Assembly: GCF_020969955.1 (NCBI RefSeq) | Contig: NZ_JAHDSX010000072.1 | Coordinates: forward strand, 1 to 7,397 | DNA: 7,397 nucleotides | Direction: 5' to 3' | From: Allobaculum fili | GTDB taxonomy: Bacteria > Bacillota_I > Bacilli_A > Erysipelotrichales > Erysipelotrichaceae | Shown: positions 1-5,245 of the stretch, piece after piece | Layout of the letters: each line of letters opens with the position of its first letter | Numbering within the stretch: position 1 is the stretch's first letter | The notes under the pieces: generated by a model | What the model was told of the DNA's origin: nothing | Database searches by the model: none | What the model saw: the letters and a program-made list of their open reading frames with translations, nothing else | Position numbers and translations under genes: made by a program

Positions 1-78
1 GATGATTTTTTCAACAGGTAGAAAATCATCCTTTTCGTCATGCCTGAGACGCAAAATATAAGAAATGACAACGCTCAT
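1..78 (-). CDS. Possible 5' end of an unidentified CDS running off the left edge (MSVVISYILRLRHDEKDDFLPVEKII...)
   Basis: ATG at 78..76 is the first start after an in-frame TAA. This frame stays open to base 1 while the other two minus frames close. The only SD-like motif (AAGGAGGG, complement of 101..108) lies ~22 nt upstream, too far for a normal RBS. Twenty-six codons are too few to identify. Confidence 0.25.
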   Translation of the reverse strand, partial: MSVVISYILRLRHDEKDDFLPVEKII

Positions 79-130
79 GAACAGGGTATACGATTTTTAT
101 CCCTCCTTAACTTAATGACATTGGAATGAT

Positions 131-187
131 AAGAGAAAAGAAAGGAAAAAATGATTATGATTTCAGGAAATCTGCTGCTTGATTTCC
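131..187. repeat. Copy A of a duplicated ~55 nt intergenic element (purine tract plus GGAAATC/GATTTCC hairpin)
   Basis: AAGAGAAAAGAAAGGAAA...TTCAGGAAATCTGCTGCT(T)GATTTCC aligns with 1038..1090. An 18 nt core is identical (162..179 = 1066..1083), as is the following GATTTCC. The 7 bp inverted repeat is 166..172 / 181..187. Copy A also carries an internal 11 nt direct repeat, TGATTTCAGGA, at 158..168 and 189..199. Confidence 0.7.
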
Positions 188-544
188 TTGATTTCAGGAT
201 ACCGTTTTTTCTGGAAAGATGTATTCTGACGCCCGCAATTTCTTTATAGCTTCTTAATACCATTTTGCATTCGTTAATTCAGCCTTGATCTGTTCCAAAT
301 CCGTACGGCGATACTTCTTTTCACCAATAGAAACCGCCGGTCGCGCCATATCACCAGCTGCTTCCAGTCCCCTGTCCGGGAAAAAGCATTGTCGACTGTC
401 TGCCAAGGCAGTACCCAAAAGAAAAGAGAGCCTGAGGCGTTCTATCGCCGTTTCATCGGTTCTGTCCAGCTTCTGTATACGGGGATGCCTGCATATACCA
501 TTTATTCCGCGCATCCTTGTTTCCTGCTTTCTCTTCCGCATCTT

Positions 545-676
545 GTAAAAGAAAAGAGCCGCTACCGGCTCTTTCTTCTTAGTTTAGAGATGCTCGCCGG
601 GCCCAACTCCCCCCGGTTCTCTTTTGACCATACAGGTGTGTGGCTGCTGGGTAGATTCACCACCTCGAGTATCTCT
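545..676 (-). ncRNA. Candidate structured RNA: a three-way junction followed by an intrinsic terminator (riboswitch-like leader or ~130 nt sRNA); class not recognised
   Basis: Read on the minus strand. P1 is 676..666 (AGAGATaCTCG) with 596..586 (CGAGcATCTCT). P2 is 665..658 with 643..634 (AGGTGGTG / CAC-A-CACCT, 8 bp plus one bulge). P3 is 616..612 with 601..597 (CCGGG/CCCGG). J2/3 is 17 nt and A-rich. The loops hold CCCA (L2) and TGGG (L3), which could kiss. A consensus TATAAT (complement of 682..687) puts the predicted start at the first base of P1. The terminator hairpin 574..553 plus TCTTTT follows. Confidence 0.4.
553..574. terminator. Hairpin AAAGAGCCG-CTAC-CGGCTCTTT with T-rich flanks on both strands
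   Basis: Perfect 9 bp stem (553..561 / 566..574) with a 4 nt loop. The minus strand continues TCTTTT and the plus strand continues CTTCTT. Confidence 0.6.
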
Positions 677-811
677 GAAAAATTATATCCTCCAAAAATT
701 GTAAAGTTCTATTTCACCAGAATTGTTAAGTTTTTATTTGACTTCGATCACCCTGTTTAACAGATTCTTTACTTCCTAAAGTAAATATATTATTTCCAAT
801 ATGTTAATTTC

Positions 812-985
812 ATGAGCATATTTTTTAGCGTTGCTGGGGTACTGATCCTGACGGACGGATACTCATTGCTGGTTGTGTGCTGGTTACGGAGAATTTTTCA
901 TGCATTCTGCGGATATGTTTTAACTGCATTCGAATTATCGCAGAGCAACAGTGGATTTTTCCTGTTCCCGCTTTATGTAAAGTAA
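812..985 (+). CDS. Small hydrophobic ORF, 57 aa (MSIFFSVAGVLILTDGYSLLVVCWLRRIFHAFCGYVLTAFELSQSNSGFFLFPLYVK); coding status uncertain
   Basis: ATG at 812 and TAA at 983..985. It falls below the 60 aa ORF-track cutoff. It has one predicted TM-like segment and is followed 13 nt later by the strong hairpin 999..1027 plus TTTTCT. No SD sequence is visible upstream. Confidence 0.25.
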   Translation: MSIFFSVAGVLILTDGYSLLVVCWLRRIFHAFCGYVLTAFELSQSNSGFFLFPLYVK

Positions 986-998
986 TTTAAAAGAAAAA

Positions 999-1032
999 GG
1001 CCGTCTCCGGGGCGAATCGGGACGACCTTTTC
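999..1032. terminator. Strong GC-rich bidirectional intrinsic terminator
   Basis: GGCCGTCTCCG / CGGGACGACC stem (999..1009 / 1018..1027; one mismatch, one bulge) with an 8 nt loop. It is flanked by AAAAGAAAAA on the left (a U-tract for the minus strand) and TTTTCT on the right (a U-tract for the plus strand). Confidence 0.7.
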
Positions 1033-1037
1033 TAAAA

Positions 1038-1090
1038 AAGAGAAAAAAGAAAGGAAATTGTATTATTCAGGAAATCTGCTGCTGATTTCC
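1038..1090. repeat. Copy B of the duplicated ~55 nt element
   Basis: AAGAGAAAAAAGAAAGGAAA...TTCAGGAAATCTGCTGCTGATTTCC. The hairpin is GGAAATC (1070..1076) / GATTTCC (1084..1090). See copy A. Confidence 0.7.
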
Positions 1091-1122
1091 ATGGCTGTAT
1101 ACTACCCCATCCATTGGTCTCT

Positions 1123-1145
1123 GTCTTCTGAGAAGACCTGTTTTT
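1123..1145 (+). terminator. Plus-strand-specific terminator-like hairpin
   Basis: GTCTTC-TGA-GAAGAC (1123..1137) followed by CTGTTTTTCTT. There is no U-tract in the minus orientation. Confidence 0.4.
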
Positions 1146-1160
1146 CTTAATTATTTCTTT

Positions 1161-1204
1161 ACAACCGCTTTCACAGTTTCGTCGCTGGTTTTGAAAGCGG
1201 TTGT
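1161..1204. repeat. Perfect 13 bp inverted repeat hairpin 29 nt past the NlpC/P60 stop
   Basis: ACAACCGCTTTCA (1161..1173) and TGAAAGCGGTTGT (1192..1204) with an 18 nt loop. A T-run (TGTTTT) exists only on the plus-strand side. On the minus strand the hairpin is followed by AAAGAAATAA. Confidence 0.5.
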
Positions 1205-1232
1205 TGTTTTAAGCAGTAAGAATTGGAATGAA

Positions 1233-2186
1233 TTAAGGCAGAACGGGATGTACGTATCCGATCAGCGGATTGGCGCAGGATACGGAATAAACCGCTGTAG
1301 TGTATCCGTTCCAGCCGCCGTGTACAGCCTGTCCGTTGCCGATGTAGATTGCTACATGGCCCTGGTACACACAGATATCGCCAGGAACGGGGTTGTTCGT
1401 CAGCGGGCCAAGAGAAAGATAGGCTTCTGGAGCGCCGTGGAAGTTGATGCCGACCGTTTTAAGCGAATTGGTCACCAGCATGGTGCAGTCCTGATTCACG
1501 CCGATCTGCGCAAGGGCTGCCTGTGCGATTTTGTCGTAGCCGCTCAGATCTTCCTTTCCTTTGCCGTTCTCGTCATAGACGTAGCCGTCTTTGGTTACGG
1601 ACATTTCTTTCTGTCCGTTTTCATCGAAACTGTAGCGAACGCCGTCCACATCGCGGGTCTGGCCTTTGACGATGGATCCGTCGGCATCCAGGTAGTATTC
1701 CTTGCCTTCGTAGTCGGTCCAGCCTGTCTGCGTATTGCCGTTTTCATCGAGCAGATAGGTCTTGCCGTCCTTTTCAATTTCAGCGGCTTCTTCTACCTTG
1801 CGGCCGGTCGTTTCATCATAGTAGACGGTTTTGCCTTCTTCTTTGACAAAGCCGGTTACTTTCTGACCGTTCTCATCAAAGAGATAGTTGCCGTCTTTTG
1901 TATTCAGCTTTCCCGAAGCGAGAAGACCAAACTGATCGTAGTAAACGGTTTTTCCTTTTTCTACGACTTCGCCGGTTTTCTTTTCGAGAAGACTGGTTGT
2001 TTTATTTTTAATCGTTGACTGATTTCGATCGATTCCATTAAAGAAATTGGACGAAACCGACATGGCTTCTTTTCCAAGTGATTGATTTGCGGGTTCAGCA
2101 GCAAATACGGACACTGATGGAATACCGCAGGCTACTGCCATTGCTAAAGTCATCGCGGCATGTCTTGCCAGAAACTTATTTTTCAT
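1233..2186 (-). CDS. Secreted cell-wall hydrolase: signal peptide, cell-wall-binding (CW_binding_1-like) repeats and a C-terminal NlpC/P60-CHAP-type papain-like domain (317 aa)
   Basis: The start is moved to ATG 2186 (MKNKFLARHAAMTLAMAVACGIPSVSVFA/AEP signal peptide), 7 nt after AAGGAGG (complement of 2194..2200). Repeats such as GKTVYYDxxG, GNYLFDENGQKVTGF, GKTYLLDENGNTQTGW and GKEYYLDADGSIVKG are present. The catalytic-type motifs are NQDCTMLV and GDICVYQGHVAIYIGNGQAVHGG (Cys/His/His). Confidence 0.9.
   Translation of the reverse strand: MKNKFLARHAAMTLAMAVACGIPSVSVFAAEPANQSLGKEAMSVSSNFFNGIDRNQSTIKNKTTSLLEKKTGEVVEKGKTVYYDQFGLLASGKLNTKDGNYLFDENGQKVTGFVKEEGKTVYYDETTGRKVEEAAEIEKDGKTYLLDENGNTQTGWTDYEGKEYYLDADGSIVKGQTRDVDGVRYSFDENGQKEMSVTKDGYVYDENGKGKEDLSGYDKIAQAALAQIGVNQDCTMLVTNSLKTVGINFHGAPEAYLSLGPLTNNPVPGDICVYQGHVAIYIGNGQAVHGGWNGYTTAVYSVSCANPLIGYVHPVLP
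1557..1973 (-). repeat. Imperfect tandem coding repeats (about 6-7 cell-wall-binding modules of ~20 aa) inside the hydrolase gene
   Basis: An aromatic-Asp-x-x-Gly periodicity (YYD/LFDENG/LLDENG/YLDADG/SFDENG/VYDENG) runs through residues ~72-210. Confidence 0.75.
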
Positions 2187-2696
2187 AGTTGGTCCTCCTT
2201 GCGCTTGCCCAAAGAGAGTACCAATTATCCAAAACGGAAGCAAAATGACCAGAATAATTTCTTAAATATTTCCAAACAATCCGATTCGTATAAAAAGCGA
2301 TGGGCCCTTTAAGTAAAGGGTCTTCACGCAGAATGTGGAAAAGTGTGTGTGAATCACGAAAATTGTAAAAAAAATGAGTGTTCATTATACATATACATTT
2401 TTAAAGAAATTTGGAATTCTCATAAACAAAAAGAAATCGCTTACTTTGTCAAAAATCCGATACCTATCGTTAAATGAACATTAAAGCGGCTTTCAGAAAC
2501 GCCTTGACGACTTTGCAAAAAATGAGGCGTTCAAAATTCTGTTCTCGTTATGCATACATCCCCTGTCCTTTGGGGCGCTTCTTCCAAGCCGCTATCCGCC
2601 GGAATGTATTTCCTGTTTCTGCGCGGGATGAAGCTCTGTGAATGGAATTTGGCACGCTTCATAATGATTTACATTTCCCTGGAAAAATCTTTCGAT

Positions 2697-2736
2697 ACAA
2701 AAAGACAGCCGCATCGGGTTCGTCTCGATGCGGCTG
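2697..2736 (-). terminator. asnS intrinsic terminator
   Basis: Perfect 11 bp stem CAGCCGCATCG / CGATGCGGCTG (2706..2716 / 2726..2736) with a 9 nt loop. The minus strand continues TCTTTTTGT. It lies 35 nt past the asnS stop. Confidence 0.8.
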
Positions 2737-2770
2737 ATGATATTCGCTGAATACAGCTGAGTATAAAGGT

Positions 2771-4126
2771 TTAGAAAATCAGGTTGCGCGGAGTACGCGG
2801 ATACGGCTGTACGTCGCGGATGTTCTGGATGCCGGAGAGGTACATGAGCATGCGGTCAAATCCAAGACCGAATCCGGAATGAACGCATCCGCCAAAGCGG
2901 CGCAAGTCCATGTACCACTGCAGAGTGGATTCTTCCATGCCCATGTCGTCCATTTTCTTTTTCAGAACATCGTAGCGCTCTTCACGCTGGCTTCCGCCGA
3001 CGAGCTCGCCGACATACGGAACGAGAAGGTCGCAGGCCGCTACGGTCTTGCCGTCTTCGTTTTCACGCATGTAGAACGCTTTGATTTCTTTCGGATAGTC
3101 GATCAGGAACACCGGACCGCCTACAACCTGTTCGCAAATGTAGCGTTCGTGCTCGGACTGAAGATCCATGCCCCAGTAAATGTTCTTGTTGTCGAAGCGG
3201 TCTTTGACTTTTTCCAGTTCCTTGATGGCTTCGGTATACGTCATACGACGGAATTCGCTGTCGGCTACCTTTTTAACGCGATTGATGCAGTCTTTATCGA
3301 TCATTTTCTGGAAGAACGCCATTTCTTCCGGTGCATGTTCCAGAACGTAGCGGATGCAGTACTTGATCATGTCCTCGATCACGTCCATGTTATCGGACAG
3401 ATCCGCGAAAGCGAGTTCCGGTTCGATCATCCAGAACTCAGCCGCATGACGGGTCGTGTTTGAGTTTTCCGCACGGAACGTCGGACCGAACGTATATACG
3501 TTGCGGTACGTCAGCGCAAACGGCTCAACGTGCAGCTGGCCGGATACGGTCAGCTGGGCGTGCTTGCCGAAGAAGTCCTTTTCGTACTCCTGATCATCAA
3601 TGGTCGTTACGGTAAAGCATTCACCGGCGCCTTCCGCATCGTTTCCCGTAATGATTGGCGTTTGTACATAAACAAAGCCGCGGTCCTGGAAGAACGTATG
3701 AATCGCCATGGACAGAACGGAACGCAGACGGAATACCGCGTAGTACGTGTTGGCACGCGGACGAACGTGCGGGATTTCGCGCATGAATTCATAGCTGTGT
3801 CTCTTCTTCTGCAGCGGATAGTCATGATCCGCCATACCGAGAACGGTAATGGAATCGGCTGCCACTTCGAGAGGCTGTTTAGCCTCCGGTGTCGCGTGGA
3901 CTGTACCTTTTACTTCAATAGCACTGCCGGTTGTGATTTTGGAAGCCTGTTCGTAGCCTTCCATTTCTGGAGAATAGACAATCTGAAGATTGGAGAAGCA
4001 GCTTCCGTCATTGAATTCGATAAAGCTGATATTTTTCGAATTTCGATTGGTTCTCACCCATCCCTGCAGGGTCACGGGTTTTCCATCGTATTCGCTGATC
4101 TTTTCTTTCAGTTTCTTTACAAGCAT
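2771..4126 (-). CDS. asnS: Asparagine--tRNA ligase (class IIb aaRS), 451 aa
   Basis: The N-terminal OB-fold is WVRTNRNSKNISFIEFNDGS. Class II motifs are present, including FRAENSNTTRHAAEFWMIEPE and GGSQREER...GFGLGFDRMLMY. GGAG lies 7 nt before the ATG. Confidence 0.97.
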   Translation of the reverse strand: MLVKKLKEKISEYDGKPVTLQGWVRTNRNSKNISFIEFNDGSCFSNLQIVYSPEMEGYEQASKITTGSAIEVKGTVHATPEAKQPLEVAADSITVLGMADHDYPLQKKRHSYEFMREIPHVRPRANTYYAVFRLRSVLSMAIHTFFQDRGFVYVQTPIITGNDAEGAGECFTVTTIDDQEYEKDFFGKHAQLTVSGQLHVEPFALTYRNVYTFGPTFRAENSNTTRHAAEFWMIEPELAFADLSDNMDVIEDMIKYCIRYVLEHAPEEMAFFQKMIDKDCINRVKKVADSEFRRMTYTEAIKELEKVKDRFDNKNIYWGMDLQSEHERYICEQVVGGPVFLIDYPKEIKAFYMRENEDGKTVAACDLLVPYVGELVGGSQREERYDVLKKKMDDMGMEESTLQWYMDLRRFGGCVHSGFGLGFDRMLMYLSGIQNIRDVQPYPRTPRNLIF

Positions 4127-4144
4127 TAAAATGCTCCTTTCCTT

Positions 4145-4177
4145 AAAAGAGAAAAGCGTCCCTCCATCAGGAACGCT
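4145..4177 (-). terminator. Terminator-type hairpin inside the asnS leader (putative attenuator)
   Basis: On the minus strand: AGCGTTCC-TGATGGA-GGGACGCT (8 bp, one G-U pair) followed by TTTCTCTTTT. It ends 28 nt before the asnS ATG, just ahead of the SD. Confidence 0.5.
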
Positions 4178-4228
4178 CCAATCCGCAGATCTGATTCAGG
4201 CGGATTAATTCATGCGCCATAGGCACAG

Positions 4229-4274
4229 AAAAACGTCTCGCTAAGAGCTATGGGTATTAAACCATTGCGAGACG
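4229..4274 (-). terminator. Second hairpin plus U5 in the rex-asnS spacer
   Basis: On the minus strand: CGTCTCGC (4274..4267) ... GCGAGACG (4241..4234), enclosing a 25 nt partly self-pairing insert and followed by TTTTT. Confidence 0.45.
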
Positions 4275-4370
4275 TAAATTACAATATGAGCGCCAGCTAA
4301 AGCCGAAACAGAGCGTCACAAAGCCGGCCGTTCCAGCCAAATCGCGGTCTTCCCGTTTTGCTTTTCGATG

Positions 4371-4406
4371 CAAAAACACCTGCCTTCTCGCAGAAAAAGG
4401 CAAGTG
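4371..4406 (-). terminator. rex intrinsic terminator
   Basis: On the minus strand: CACTTGCCTT-10 nt-AAGGCAGGTG (10 bp, one G-U pair) followed by TTTTTG. It starts 8 nt past the rex stop. Confidence 0.6.
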
Positions 4407-4414
4407 CAGACAGC

Positions 4415-5065
4415 TTAGCTGTTTCCGTTTTTGGTGGAGGCGCTGTCCATGGAGTTGGTCGTGAAAACGAGCTCCTGAATCGAGCTGACCACATCAACGG
4501 CTTTGACCATCACGTGATGCGGAACCTGAAAATGCTGGTGGGTAAAATCGACGATGCCGATTATGCCGTTGGCAATCAGACGGTCAACGGTAGCCTGGAT
4601 ATCTTCCGAAATGGTCAGGATGGCAATGCGGCATCCTTTGGGGATGCGTGTTTCCAGCTCATCGAGCGAGTATACATTGATGCCGAACATGTTTCCGGTC
4701 TTGGCCGGATCGATATCGAACGCGCAGGCGATTTCGCCGACGACATAATCCCACTTGTTATAGTTCATCAGGGCACGGCCAAGGTTGCCGGCACCGACCA
4801 GAATGATTTTTTCATCAAAATCTACACCAAGCTCCTGATTGAAAATCTCGATCAGTTTGTCTACATCATATCCGTAGCCCTGTTTTCCCAGGTTTCCAAG
4901 AAACGAGAAATCGCGGCGGATCGTAGTCGGTTCAATGTCTACGAAGTTGCTCAGCTCGCGCGACATGATTTTGGAAACCCCGTTTTTCTGAAGTTTACGA
5001 AGCGCTTTAAGATATACCGGATATCTCTGCAGGGTCGCCTTTGGAACAGAGTTTGCGTTTTTCAT
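4415..5065 (-). CDS. rex: Redox-sensing transcriptional repressor Rex (216 aa from ATG 5065; alternative ATG at 5086)
   Basis: The N-terminal winged-helix region is PKATLQRYPVYLKALRKL...SRELS...TIRRDFSFLGNLGKQGYGYDV, followed by the Rossmann motif ILVGAGNLGRAL. MKNANSVPKATL matches the usual short Rex N-terminus. The upstream ATG sits inside a -10-like TATGAT and adds a hydrophobic MIGAVII. Confidence 0.9.
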   Translation of the reverse strand: MKNANSVPKATLQRYPVYLKALRKLQKNGVSKIMSRELSNFVDIEPTTIRRDFSFLGNLGKQGYGYDVDKLIEIFNQELGVDFDEKIILVGAGNLGRALMNYNKWDYVVGEIACAFDIDPAKTGNMFGINVYSLDELETRIPKGCRIAILTISEDIQATVDRLIANGIIGIVDFTHQHFQVPHHVMVKAVDVVSSIQELVFTTNSMDSASTKNGNS

Positions 5066-5081
5066 GATTATCACCGCTCCA

Positions 5082-5110
5082 ATCATAACAAAGAATTCCT
5101 AATTTGTGAA
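5082..5110 (-). promoter_or_regulatory. Candidate sigma-A-type rex promoter
   Basis: On the minus strand: TTCACA (5110..5105), a 17 nt spacer, then TATGAT (5087..5082). Caveat: a start ~7 nt downstream would leave a leader of only ~10 nt and exclude the GGAG at 5080..5077. Confidence 0.35.
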
Positions 5111-5153
5111 TTTATCTCTTATTTGAACAAGAGATTTTTAATCCAAAAAAACA

Positions 5154-5174
5154 GATATGTCTGTATTTTCAAAA
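5154..5174 (-). terminator. Weak terminator candidate after the two-TM gene
   Basis: ACAGA-4 nt loop-TCTGT, a 5 bp AT-rich stem (5161..5174), followed on the minus strand by TTTTTTGG. A second weak hairpin lies at 5189..5204. Confidence 0.3.
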
Positions 5175-5245
5175 GACCGCCCCTAAATGGGAGCAGCCTC
5201 GAGCGTTTTACGATGATTTTTTATGATTTTTCTGTACGGATCGGT

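Noticed and set aside
151-249. A 32-codon plus ORF (MIMISGNLLLDFLDF...) in repeat copy A and a related SGNLLL-containing frame in copy B (1058..1150), considered as a conserved peptide gene pair
   Set aside because: A 1 nt indel after the shared core puts the two copies in different frames. Copy B lacks a usable start and RBS. Conservation therefore looks nucleotide-level.
254-700. A large housekeeping RNA (RNase P RNA, tmRNA, SRP RNA or 6S) as an explanation for the non-coding GC-richer block
   Set aside because: There is no GAGGAAAGUCC or ACAGAA RNase P core. There is no tmRNA 5' GGGG...GAUUCGAC, tag ORF or 3' tRNA-like CCACCA end. AGCAGCC and GGUCA are present but in the wrong order and without the GGAA tetraloop expected of an SRP domain IV.
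1557-1973. Periodic nucleotide repeats that could be mistaken for a CRISPR-like array or a VNTR
   Set aside because: They are in-frame, imperfect ~60 nt coding modules of the cell-wall-binding domain and have no spacer/repeat architecture.
1191-2018. A 275 aa plus-strand ORF opposite the hydrolase gene
   Set aside because: It is a shadow ORF. It starts at a TTG inside the inverted repeat and its sequence is low-complexity and hydrophobic. The minus frame carries clear signal-peptide, repeat and NlpC/P60 motifs.
2176-2385. A 69 aa minus ORF, and the 336 aa extended version of the hydrolase ORF (start at 2243)
   Set aside because: The strong AAGGAGG sits 7 nt before ATG 2186, and a canonical signal peptide begins exactly there. 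The upstream extensions have no RBS and are AT-rich leader sequence.
2187-2560. A c-di-AMP (ydaO-type) riboswitch upstream of the NlpC/P60 gene
   Set aside because: The association is known from the literature. I could not find the conserved ACGGGGA/GGGGUGAAUC/CCGAACCCG...AGCUAACCUCGUAAGCG blocks by eye. Only cmsearch could settle it.
2879-4129. Plus-strand ORFs of 194 aa and 199 aa, and a 72 aa minus ORF, inside asnS
   Set aside because: These are antisense or out-of-frame shadows of a gene whose class II aaRS motifs are unambiguous.
4127-4370. A canonical T-box riboswitch for asnS
   Set aside because: I could find no T-box consensus, no K-turn or specifier-loop architecture and no UGGC bulge for a G73 tRNA-Asn. 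It is retained only as an unexplained attenuator-like leader pending cmsearch.
5104-5130. A Rex operator upstream of rex (autoregulation)
   Set aside because: TTGTGAA (5104..5110, overlapping the -35) matches one half of the known Rex box TTGTGAA-N4-6-TTCACAA. The only partner (TTGAACAA, 5123..5130) is imperfect and 12 nt away, so no canonical palindrome is present. At best this is a half-site. A PWM scan or EMSA would be needed.
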